In this document: in pieces, positions 1 through 12,500 of the stretch
Position numbering within the stretch: position 1 is the stretch's first letter
Layout of the letters: each line of letters starts with the position of its first letter
DNA from: Auanema rhodensis
Taxonomy: Eukaryota > Animalia > Nematoda
Direction of reading: 5' to 3'
Assembly (NCBI GenBank): GCA_964057225.1
Contig: OZ059894.1
Span: 14,384,001 to 14,448,000 of the forward strand
DNA length: 64,000 nucleotides
Translations under genes and position numbers: made by a program
The notes under the pieces: generated by a model
Databases searched by the model: none
The model's input: only the letters and a program-made list of their open reading frames with translations
Told to the model about the DNA's origin: nothing

Positions 1-215
1 CATGGTTACTGACCCATTGTTAATCAATACTTGCCTTTTAAGAGAACTTTTCTGATTTCTAGCTTTTCGAGTAATCTTAATTTTAATATGTTTTCTTGTT
101 CATAAACTTCTTAACATAACAGAATTTTTATATATTGGTTCACTACGTTTTTGTTTTACTTTATATATACTTTTTGTTTGCAAACTATGCTATAAGGGTA
201 CATTTTCAGGTAGTC

Positions 216-783
216 ATGATCCGGTTTATTCTTATTCAGAACCGTGCCGGAAAAACACGATTGGCAAAATGGTATATGCATTTTGATGATGATGAGAAGC
301 AGGTAGAATAAACTTTTTTTTATTTGCTTGATGTTATATTCTTTCATATTCTTTAGAAACTTATTGAAGAAGTGCATGCTTGTGTAACCGTTCGCGATGC
401 CAAGCATACCAATTTCGTTGAAGTAAGCTTTTTAAAATAGTTTTTAATAGTTGAATTCATTTCTAGTTCCGAAATTTCAAAATTGTTTATCGTCGCTATG
501 CTGGACTTTACTTTTGCATTTGCGTTGATATAATGGATAACAATCTCTACTATTTGGAAGCTATTCATAACTTTGTCGAAGTTTTGAATGAGTATTTCCA
601 TAACGTTTGCGAGCTTGATCTTGTATTCAACTTCTATAAGGTAATTAAAAGAAATGGTTTAATATTTATGTGATTTTTTAGGTTTATTCGGTTGTGGATG
701 AGATGTTTTTAGCGGGAGAAATACGTGAAACTAGTCAAACGAAAGTGTTGAAACAATTGCTTATGCTTACTTCACTAGAATAA
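216..783 (+). CDS. aps-2: AP-2 complex subunit sigma (4 exons)
   Basis: Spliced translation [29 protein letters not shown]|[22 protein letters not shown]|[16 protein letters not shown]...LVFNFYK|[37 protein letters not shown] introns at 303-356, 423-466 and 641-681. TTTTCAG acceptor (203-209) just before the ATG. Confidence 0.97.
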
Positions 784-2787
784 GGAGTAGTATATGTTGC
801 GCTTTTGTCTATTCTTGTCCATAGGAGTAACATTAACATAAGATGCATTTTAACTTATTTATTAACTTTGTATAGTGCTTGGTCGTTTCGGTGCGGCGAT
901 TTTCGTTGTATATAGCATAATTTATAAGCAAAGAGTTCACTTCTGATAAGCTTTTCAAATTTTTGAATGAAAATTTATCTTAATTTTGTTTTTTTTTTAC
1001 ACTGCATGAATTTTTTTTAACATCGAGAAGTCTGTGAATTCTTATGTTGGCTTCATCCAATAGAATGAACTTGTTTTCAAACGTTTTTCAACATTGCTAA
1101 CGCAAACAAGCTGTGATTGTGAAAACGAATCCACTTAAAGGAAATGATCCATATACGCGGAAGGAAGTTGTGTTTAAGGTCAAAGTGATATTTCTTGATT
1201 TTAAAAACGTATGATTCATGACTTATTTTGCTCATTTCAATCTGGTTCATGGTATATTACAAGAGCATTATAAAGCGTCAAGGTGGGAAAAGGACAATTG
1301 GTTTAACTAGCTAGTTGTATTATTCAATGTTTCTTTGTTGCATTTCAAGCTATTGACATATGCAGAAATAGGTGATATAGCATTCATTTCCAATAAATTT
1401 CAATAAAAGCTGTGTTCATCCCATAGACCAAATCCGATCTGATGAATTGCCACCTCGCAACTACTATCGGCTAGTTCTGATACAGTAGCTTATTGGCATT
1501 TTGAGTTTAAAAGATTTACATGAACTCGTTCATTCGTCTGAATCTTATCCCTTTAAATATCCTGAGGTAGCTTGTCCAAAAATCATCATATTGAATCTGA
1601 TTGGGAGAGTATATACGAAATCGTAATCAAAGTTTTATTGAGAGAATCCAAAAACTACTAATTATATTCACGTTTTTCTTTATTTTCACAATATATTCAT
1701 AATATTTACTGGATGTTTTTTGATTGTATATTGTATGACTCAAACATCTTTACAGTTTCATAATTTCTACCATAAAAGGTAAAACCAGAAACCGTAAAGC
1801 CGATTATGTTGCATGCCCCAATGATGCCATCATCGGCCACAAATATAGCTTATTTTCAAGTTAGTCTTCTCTCTTGTTAGCTTTGTAATCATTTAGTTCA
1901 ACTTCAAACTTTAATTTTTAATAAGTTGTTTAGTTACTATCCTGGAATTCTTTTTTATTATATGAATATATATTAGATAATGATATCTATCTCTACCTAC
2001 AGTTTTCGGACTGTTGTGTGTTAATTGAATTTTTAGATATATATTACAATAAGTTTGTTAGAATTATTATATTTAACAGATATGTATTTTATTGATTTTT
2101 CTATACTATTAGGATTTATGTTGAAATCAAAACAAAAAATCCCGGATTGACAGGAGATAGAATGTGTGGGAGAGATGATTTAAAATTATATGTAAACTAG
2201 ATAGAACTAACATCATCAGCACTGTTGCGTCTCCTCCCCAAATATGTACCCATCAACAGAATTTTCAATACCAAAATTGATTGAATGTGTTGAAGATTCA
2301 TATATTCTCAATTCTTTACTGTTAACTTTTTTGAAAAATAGTTTATTATTAGATGTTTTCAGTTCCTTTTCAGTTTGATTTTCAGTGAACCGAGCCCTTT
2401 CATATAATACTTGACAATTTAATTTGAAGTTAGAAAACGATAGCATTAGACATCAAACATTTTCTTGTGGATTCGTTTACGAATCATCATTTTTCCAACT
2501 TTCAACATATAATATATATATATATATATATATACATATGATTGTTATTTGACCTTTATTTTGAAAAGAATAGACCATTTCCGGATATAGTCAATGATTT
2601 CATTGTGTTGATATTAGTTAGCTGACATCTTGAATAGTACTTGAAATATATTATTTTCTTTCTCGTTAGTATGTAGTACTTACAAATATTTGTAATATTT
2701 TACTATTAGAAATACAATTCAAGTGAATATCAGAAAGATTCAAGAGAACTTTTTCTATCTGAGCAACAACACAAATAGTTTCCTTAA

Positions 2788-4634
2788 ATGAACATGGTTT
2801 CTCCACGTGCTCTGGTCGGAATTTCTTTTTGCATTCGGATTTTCATATTGGTAAAATTTATTTTTTTTGGATTTAAAGAAAGAATAAAACTTGAACTTTC
2901 AACTTTATTTCAGATTCTTGCTATTGTTTCCATGATTTTAATCTTAACTGCTCCTGGAGCATGCTTTTCACGTTATTTGAATGGTCAACCTATAAGTCGT
3001 GAAATATGCCCTGGTCAAAATTCAATTTTCCCCATGAATGCTGATAGATGGAATAATGCTTTACATTTCCAAGGCAGGGGACAGAAGTATGTTATCAAAA
3101 TAATAAAAATGCTTTTCATAAACAAAATTATAATTTTTTAGTATTTACGGACAAGTTGCGTTGATAGTTATCACATTGGTTTTTGCCTTGATTACTGTTG
3201 GTGCCAGCTGCATACATTTAGCTGCAGGTGTCAGTGTTATTTATGGGGTTAGTTCTACAATAATATAAATCTAAGATATATATATATATATTTGAAATTA
3301 TTTTGTACCTATCTACTTCTGTATATACATATATGTATAGTAGATGGACAATACAAAGTCAATATAATACTGATTTATCTGGTCTGTAAATCTGTATATT
3401 CGATTTGTATGTACTAGTATAACTTCAACAATATTTTGGCACTTCTCCTCTTCTATTATCGGCAAAAAAAGTTGATAAATCGTGCATGGGCATGTTTATA
3501 ATACGTATACCTGTATATACAGTGCATATTAGGTAGGTTTAGTGGTTTCGAATAACAGATGAGAGAATGTATGAACCGAGTATTACCATATCATTAACAT
3601 TTCCGTTTTTTTTAAAAACTATAAGTAACTACAACTGCATAGTCGTCATGCTGCCCAGGCTGTATTGAGCAACTAGTTTTGTCCTTGTTAGGTAATAGGA
3701 CATGAATCGCCTATTAGCTAAAGCAGAAACCGGATATGATCCGGCTGGATTGTGATGATCTAACAGCTAACACATGAATCTGAAAATTATTAAAAAAAAT
3801 TTAAAATTCAGGAAATGCTGGAATATATCTGTTTTTATCTGAAAAGTTTTTGTTTTAGCAATTATTTGCTTCCGGGATTGCTTTAGTAGCTTTCTTGGTT
3901 TGTGGTGGAGTTGAGACATGGTATGCAACTGGATTTGATCATATGGCATTTTTCATTCAAGTATGTATTTTTTTCCAAAACTTCTACTATACTTTAGAGA
4001 AATACATATTTGATTTTTTTTTGCATAACTGTTTAGGCCATTGGAAATGGAGTCTTTTCCGGGTGTGCTGGACTTCCAGGATGTCAAATTGAATTCGTAG
4101 TAAAAGGATGGGCTGTCGCTGCTGTAAGTCGTTTGTTAACTAAAAATACCATGAATATTAGAAAAAACTGAAAGAATTTTGATGAAAACCTTTTAGGCAT
4201 TCTTCTTCCTCTCTGGAATACTGTATATGATTGACATGCTTATAATTTTCATGACTAGAGATAAGTAGGTGAAGTAAAATATATTTTTAAGAAAAATAAA
4301 AATAATTTAAAACAAATAATTAAATTTTAAATTTTTGTTGAAGAGCAACCGCTTACATGCTTACATTAATCTGAGAATGAAACTTTATTTGATCTTAACT
4401 ATTAAAATGAAAAATGAAAATCATAATTTTTCATTTTAATAGTTTATTTAATCTTTTTCTTTTCAATTTTTTTCTTTTTCAATAAATTATAATAATATTC
4501 AAGAGAAATACTAATAATCTTTTTTTTAAATATTAAATTTACTGTTTTTTTTCTTTTTTTGAGCTTTAACATTTAGCTTTCTTTTCAGACGCACATCGGA
4601 TACTTATCCGGTCACAAGGCCTCAGCACTACTAA
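2788..4634 (+). CDS. Four-transmembrane MARVEL-like membrane protein (7 coding exons)
   Basis: Canonical introns join MNMVSPRALVGISFCIRIFIL|ILAIVSMILILTAPGAC...|IYGQVALIVITLVFALITVGASC...|QLFASGIALVAFLVCGGVETWYATG...|AIGNGVFSGCAGLPGCQIEFVVKGWAVAA|AFFFLSGILYMIDMLIIFMTRDK|RTSDTYPVTRPQHY*. Four hydrophobic segments. The family name is inferred from topology and the WxxAAxFxFxxxxLYxxD-type last helix. Confidence 0.8.
4397..4444. repeat. Perfect 19-bp inverted repeat with 10-nt loop (intronic hairpin)
   Basis: aactattaaaatgaaaaat (4397-4415) and atttttcattttaatagtt (4426-4444) are exact reverse complements. Confidence 0.9.
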
Positions 4635-5571
4635 TTGCTTCAGTCATCATAGCACAATGTATTTTTGAAAATAAAATATGAAAACCATGGTTTGATTAAT
4701 ATTATTTCGTTTTGTTAAAAGTTTTCAAAAAAACAAAAAATAAAAACAAAAAAATATTTTATAAAAAATTGTACTAATTATATAGTTTTTTTCAGATTTT
4801 CAGAAGATTCCTCAACCGTTGTTTTACGGAGTAATCGAAGCATTCGACGATCCATGTAATGGATTGAAAGCTTGAATTTGAATTATACGATTTATTCATT
4901 ACCGTTATCTTCGTTTCTACATTATGCCCTCAACTTTCGTGTTTCCATCCACTTCAATCCCTCCTCCCCCGGTATTATTGGATATCTTTATACTTTTTTA
5001 CATTAGTTATATCAAAATATTATAAAAAATATTCTTGTTCCTTTGTTTTCATTTCATTATACAAAATCATTTTGACATTTGTTGTATAAATTTGACTATC
5101 AGCAGCTTTGCAATTTATGCTTTTACTGTCTCCAATTATTTAGGTATGCATCAAATATCTGTATTTTCATTATTTATATTACAAATAAATAAATAAATAA
5201 TGTATTCATATTCAACTATATTATACATTTTATTTTAGTTAATCACTATTTATAGTAATTTAACTTGTAATATTGAATCATATTAACTATATAATCAATA
5301 AGCTTTTGGTTAGTTATCTAGTTCGTAGACATAATATCCAAGCAAGCATGACTGACAATATAAATTTTTTATTTTTTATTTAACACAACAATCAAATAAT
5401 TTTTTTTCTCAACTTGTTTCACATCCAAATTAATATAAAAAGCTAAGCTTCGTATGTGTGTTCCTGCTATATCAATTATGATTGTTCATGAAGACTTTTA
5501 CGAACTTTAGCTGAATTCAAAAATGAAATTTGGATTTCCAGAAGATTCTGCTTTGATTATCTACAGGTTCA

Positions 5572-7813
5572 TCATGTCATTGTAGAATTGAAAGTGGTTC
5601 CGTTGTGGATAATGAAAGAACGAGTGATTGGCATTACAGCTGGATTTTCTTTGAGTTTCAATAAGAGGAATGAGTAAGTAACAATAACAGACACAAGCTG
5701 CAAATTTAGAATAAGTTTAAAGATTGAAAATAAATATTTATATTTAAATATTTACCGTGAAGAATGTTGTTCGTTCCAATGGAAATGCTCTCCAAACTGT
5801 CATGCCCCACATGAATTGAGTAGACATCTTATGAACAAAGCATGAAATCTGAATTAATTTTAAAAATCTTGAATTGAGAAAAGACTGAGTTGCTACCTGG
5901 AATCTGTCGAGATCAGCATTAGCATCAGGTACAATGCGTAATACAGCATTTACAATTTGACGAGTCTGAAACATGATTTGCAACAATATGAATAACAAGG
6001 TTTTAAAAAAAGAAAAAAATTCTGTTTGGTTCATGAAAACTGAAAAAAGAAAATACACTAACTGTTTCGTTAGTAGCCATTCCGGTTGAGCAAATTACTG
6101 AAATATGAAGAACAGCTACAACTACTTGAATAGCTGCCCAACAAATAGTAAAATGAACGCTTCGAGTTAAAAGAAAGCGAATACTTGGACTAGTAATTTG
6201 TTCGGGAGTAATCGGTTCAGATAAGCTGAAATGCATTATTTTTTGAGTTGTTATTAGAATTTCTGACTACCTAGATCGAGGTTGAGTCATAAAGTATATA
6301 GTTAAGCATAGAACTAGCATTGACCAAGCTAAAGAAAAGAGAACGAATGGGTTAAATACGTTGCCAATAGCTTCCTAAACAAAACAAAAATTATTTATAA
6401 TAATTAATAAAGAATTTATATAATATTACCTGAACATTTGTGATGCGAAGGAATTGCTCATAGTAGAATTTTAATGAAAAATGACGCTTTTGATGTTCCT
6501 TGTTTAAAGATTTAATGAGAATTCTAAAACATTTTGTGAATTTTTAGGTTCATTATTGAATAAAATGAATCGTACCGACAGTAAAATCTAACTATACGAT
6601 TGAATAAATCGTAATAAAGAAGTGGAATAACATTCCAGATTGTCAATAGTGGAACTATAACAAATGCCATATCTTGAATTGGACCCATACCTAATCTGAA
6701 ACAAAATCAAATGACGTTATATCATCCGAAATGTCTTTAAAACTTTAAAACTTACTTTTGATTTGTGACGAAAAACTCGATTAAACGAAATGTAAATGGA
6801 ATCATAAATGCAATTGCTGTTATGAAGAAGAAAACACATTTATATAACGCAATTGGCGGAGATAGATGAAAAGCACTTCTGAAGCAAACATCAACTGCAT
6901 CCAATGTCTGTAAGAAAGAACAATAAAAAATAAAAAAAAACAAATTAATTTAAAGAAGTTAATTTGAAAAGAAAAAGGAATGTAGTAACCTTTAGTAGAC
7001 GGATATGTTCTCTCATCTTCCATGTGAATAAAGTAATAATAAAAGCATTAATCATCGGCTTGATACCCGTAATAATACAAGAAACCGTAGAAGCATGCAT
7101 CAAGCCAAATTTTCTCTGAAAATTTAAATTTTATTGAAAAAATAAAACAAAAAAAATATTTGAAACTATTTTAATTACCTTATAAGCAGTAATAAGCCAT
7201 AAATTTTTATTTAAAAGGCAAGTGTTAAATAGAACTGCTGTAACTGAGTAGCAGAATAAAAGAGTATATTTCTGAAATGAATACATTGTAAAATCGGAGA
7301 AATGAAATATTAGCTTCTTACCATAATTCGCCATTTAGATCTCTTACCACCCGCGCGAGCTCGCTTCAAACCCGGAAATAAGGCAATCAGTTGTAAAAAC
7401 AACAAAATTTGTCTAAGATATCGAGAAACACAGGTTACTCCTCTGAAAAGCATTTAGTTTACTACTCGTTACTAGATGTGAAAGAGTGCTATATTGGAGC
7501 TCAAAATATGAGAAAAACTGCTACATATTACATACCGCCAGGAGCATTGCCGGACTCGTTTGTTTGGATCCGATCCCAATTCAGAGACCCATTTGTCATC
7601 TAATAGTGACATACCAAGAATATTATTGACAATACTTGTCTGTTGGTTCTAACAAACATTAAAGTTTTAAGGTATATTGCATAAAGTACTCACCTGAGGC
7701 CGAGAGTGACCATTACTACCATGGCATCCGCCATTAACTGTAATGTGGTGACGATTATCTACAGCACTTTCTTCATCAACTGTTAAAGATGCAGCCTTAT
7801 TGAAAGGATACAT
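5572..7813 (-). CDS. Gustatory receptor family (gur-like) multi-TM chemoreceptor, 13 exons
   Basis: 12 canonical introns join an open frame MYPFNKAASL...KYTLLFCYSVTAVLFN...VPLLTIWNVIPLLYY...FNPFVLFSLAWSMLVLCLTIYF...MWGMTVWRAFPLERTTFFT|LVSVIVTYSFLLLKL...STMT*. The C-terminal region carries the GR-family TY..LL motif. It does not match LITE-1 as I recall it. The ATG directly follows a GTTTCAG acceptor, so upstream exons are possible. Confidence 0.88.
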
Positions 7814-9546
7814 CTGAAACATAATAGTTTGTAGAAAATAGGATGTAAAAAAGGAAAAACATGCTTCAAAAGTAAAAAAAGTTCAAAAATTTCGAGAATT
7901 GCATACATATCTAAATGCTTTTTCAAGCATTTACTTGGATCAGCAACTATAATATTACATAATACATTATAAAAGAAAAGTTATCGATGAATATTAAGCT
8001 TAAAATGGTTTATTAGATCATTTTGAAGGCATAAAAGAAATTGAAACTAATAAATGAAATTAAAAAATGCCAAAACTTCTAGAAAGAGAAGTCGAATAAA
8101 GTTTTTTTTTCAACTCAGAGCATTGAAGCTTACTCTTAATGTCATGCATATTTTACAGGTCGGCAATTTTTCTTAAACTAAACATATATATCTATATAAA
8201 TATAAATATATATTTTAGAATGGATATATATATTTCAATATATGTCTACATGAAAATATATATTTTTATTTATTGTATCATCTATTGAGACATTACGAAG
8301 AATATATCTTGATGAAAATATTAAAAAAAAAAAAAACAATTGAATGTGCGAGAGAAAGAAACGAGAATAGTGGTGGTAGGACAAAAAAGGAGGATGATGG
8401 CAATTGCATGATGAAAAGATGGCAATGTGAGTGAGTACATGTAATTTTCAAAGTAATTAATGAATACGATAGGTCAAGCCTACTCCTTAGTTTTGTTTAT
8501 TCCATATTGAAACTCTGTAAATTAAAGTTGCAGATTTTAAAATAAAAAGCTTCGAAAAGATTTACAAGATTACGAATGAAAAGTTTTTGGTGGAAAAAGA
8601 GCAATCACACTTTTTCTAGCCATCTTGAAAAATGAATTAAATTAAAAGTTTCAGAATATTTTTCTATTTTGTAAATTGAAAGATTTTGCAATATTAAATA
8701 TACAAATCGACACTTATCCTATATTTGTAAACTTAGAAAATTTAATTTTGAATTGATTCAATTTTTAATGTTGATTTCTTTTTTTTATTTGTGAAATTCA
8801 TAAAGGAAACAGAAGACTTTTCAAGAAAACACTTAGACATATACATATAAACATGATTAGGATATACGGAAATGCTCATGGATATTTGAGAAATGGCCAA
8901 AAATAAAGAAGATGAACATTCAATCGACAAGAGAACGAGCATGAGATACATAGATGAAGTACAGGAGAAAGTTGTACGAAAAGGACATAAGCCAGCTAGG
9001 AAATACTTTTTCTCAGAAAAATATTTAGTAAAAATAGCGATTTACAAGAGATGAATAAGTAGAAAACTTGACGTAAGTTTGCTGATTAGATGCGCTAATT
9101 CGAATCTTACTTGGTCTCGTCTTTATTCTTATTTTGTAATGTCGCACGGGCGGTTGCATCAGATTTACAAATAAAAAGTTTATTGTATGCTTTAGCAAAT
9201 ATTCAAAATCTCAAGCTCAATCTAATATGAAAAACTAAAAGATCTATTGCCAATGCTATAGTTTTATTTCGCTGTCACAATTTTATTTCAATTTTGAATT
9301 TATTTCAACTACTGAAAGATTGATAAAGAAAGACGAAAAATATTTTCGTTCATAATTGAAATATATAAATATCTATAGATGTATACATACATACATACAT
9401 ACATAGAATCTAGATATACGTATGCATATATATATATACATATATCATATAATTAAATGAATGTTCTAAAAATTTGGCGATAAAATTAAAATTTTTACCC
9501 ATAGAATTGTAAAGAAGCTAGATTATACACTGTTCTGGTCAACTAG

Positions 9547-9584
9547 TTCTCCGACATATAAAGAGTTTTCCGACATATAAAGAG
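9547..9584. repeat. 19-bp tandem duplication
   Basis: ttctccgacatataaagag followed by ttttccgacatataaagag (one mismatch). Confidence 0.85.
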
Positions 9585-12500
9585 AGGATCCCAAGAGAAA
9601 AAGAAACAACAAAAAAAAATAAAAAGCATAATTAAAAAAAAAACGTTTACTCATTTTACTGCTATTCTTAAACTCTTTGCAATTTTTTTTATTCAACCTC
9701 CAGCCGTAGTTGTGAAAATGATCTAGGGAGCTTTGCAAGACATAAAAACATTAGAAGTTGAACAAATACCTTTTTATGTAAATTTCAAGAGTAAAACAGT
9801 ATTTTGGCAAAATATATATCTTTGAAGAATTTCTAATCAAAAATAAAAAAAAAATTGATAAAGTTATGTAGAATATCAACTAACTAACAGGCACACACAT
9901 GCACATGCTTACATCTGTATAGATACATATGTATATCTAGTATTATATATTATATGAATTCATTCAGAAAATTCTTATTATGTGAAGAATAAAAAAAAAT
10001 TTTTAATCTTTGAAAAATTGAAAAAAGTTGTAAAAGGTCTGAGTGGGAGAAGAAAACAGTTCAACTAATGTTTCGTGCTATACTCAAGTTTTGAAGAAAC
10101 AACTTGAAATACATAATGAACTTCGATTATGATAAAAGAAACAAAAAATAAATAAATTTTTCATGTTTCAAATTATATAACTATGTAAATTTGAATAAAT
10201 TTATAATATTTTAAGTTCTCGTTTAATTAAAATTTAATCGATGACAAGACTTATTGGTGGAAATTGTTGACAAGAAAAAAACAACAAAAACAACAAACAT
10301 ATGGCAAAGACTTCCCTACACATATTTAAGAAGAATGCAAATGTTTGGTTAGAAATGGAGAATCTAATAATAATAATTAATAATAAAATGGAAAAAAATC
10401 TAGAAAAACGTTAGGTTGGCGAGAAAACAAACTCAAAAATACGACGAGATATTATAAAAGGAAGTTTATGGTCTTAAAACTTTGTACGATGAATGTGTGT
10501 GTGATCAACTTTTCAACTAGGTGATGTGGAAAGCGACTGGTGATACTTTTTATGTGAAATGGAGGAAAAAAGTAAAAAGTCATTCGAAGAAGCCGATATC
10601 CCAATGACCGACTTTAATTAAAAGTAGATGACATGAGGCAATAGTTGAATTTGGTATAGCTCTCTTTGATAAAAAGAAAATTATGGTATACACACAAAGA
10701 GACAGATAGAAGAGAAGCGAAAAAAGGATCAACGGCCATTCCTTGCAACATGTTCATCTCACTCGTCGTCAGAATTTGCTGTAAGAATGTTCGGCAGAAA
10801 ACGAAAAGAAGTTTGAAGATCCTGAGCGACTAGGCAACTAGACGAATGTATGTGCAACTTCATCGCATCTTTTTTTGGAGCTCTTAGCTCACCAGAGACA
10901 ATAACAACTCTAATGCTTTAGTTTTTACTAAAGAGAAAGATAGAAAGAGTTAGATTTAGAAGAAAGAACAGCGCTTTCAAGAGTGAGAAACAAATGAGTT
11001 TGACGTTTTCATTGAGAAAATCGCGTAGTATAGTAAGTTTGTTATTTTATACATTCATATATCAAATATATATATTTTTTTTTAATAAAAAATAAAATAG
11101 GAATGATGATATAGTCTGATGGTTTAAGATAATTTATAAAATCCTTTTGACAATATCATTAACTGCAAGTATTCATTATCAAATTAATTTTGAGTCTAAG
11201 CTGCAAGTTATATAATAATAGTCAAAACATAAGCTTTATATTAGGTTGTCCAGCAACGGTAAGAAGTTAAAAATGCATGAAATAAAGTGAAAACAAGTTG
11301 AAGAAAACAATGAATTTTCTATGAAAATCTGATGAGACATAATGTTATTGAAATAAAAATATAATTCAAATTATAATCAATATGATAAGTTCATCAATAA
11401 AGGGAGGGAGGTAGAACAAGGGGTGGCATTTTGCAATGATGTTTCTTTACTATTTATCCTAGTTATAAGAAACATCGAATCAAAATGCTACTAATACGAA
11501 TCATCGAAAGGCTGCTGCTCTCATTCAACTCTTTTTCTGACACAATTCTTATTGGACTCCATGCACACGGAGAGAGAGAAAGAGAGAGAGAAAGAGAGAA
11601 AAGTGGAGGAGATATATAAAGATTATATCTTTGAAATAGTTCAATGAATATTTTTAGGAAGTAATTTTGAATTATGAATAGAAAACAACAACAAAATAAG
11701 TGTATTACTTAAGTTTTTGTCCTGAAATTCTCAAATTATCTCTTGGTTTATGTGTTTATGCTTTCACTTTCTCTTCTCTTATTCTCGAGAAAATTCAGCA
11801 TTTTCTTCATGTGAGGCTCGCTTAAGCTTCACGTGCTATAGATACTAAGATGAACTTTTTCATTATTGAACTTTTTCTGCATCTCTGCTCATTGCTCTCC
11901 TAATTACACGATATCTCTTGACTTCTTAAAAACCTTTATAGCTAAAGATGTTGCAATTTTGCCTACTCTCTTTCTCTCACGATCATTTTTGCTATTCTTC
12001 TTCTGGCACATCCCGTCATTCATCCGGCACACATTCTGAAGCATAATAGTTTTACTAATTCTGAAAGAAGTGAAATTGGCTAGTCATGGATAATTAAAGG
12101 ACAGAAGCCAGAAATATTTTGTCGTTTCTACTTCTATCTGTGTTGCTTCTCATAGTGTTTTTGTTCTGACCTTATGAACGAATACAAGCTAGAGATCCTT
12201 CACGTACATATGAATATGAATATATGTGAAAAGTTTGTACACATGTATGTATGTGCTTATCCTATACACAGATGCAATAACTATGTAGTTCATTGAACTC
12301 AAAGCACAGCTATGTATTTCAAAGGCACAAACTTTGCATCAAAAAAAACTGCAATTTTTTTTGCTGAAAATAGACTTTTCATTAGGAGGAATTTTATGAC
12401 TTTATTTTTGTATTTTGTTTTATTTGTCTTAACCAACAATTGAAATATTGCAAAAAAAAAGTATTAAGAAAATTCTACAGTTAAATATATTGCTTTTCCA

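Noticed and set aside
1439-1541. TGATGA...CTGA box C/D-like motifs
   Set aside because: No terminal stem and no recognisable rRNA guide.
2216-2446. 76-aa minus-strand ORF
   Set aside because: No recognisable motif and no convincing splice sites in a genome where genes are intron-rich.
3630-3785. GC-richer intronic block with short palindromes (ccggat/atccgg, ttagct/agctaa plus ACA)
   Set aside because: The stems are short and do not form a coherent snoRNA or transposon structure.
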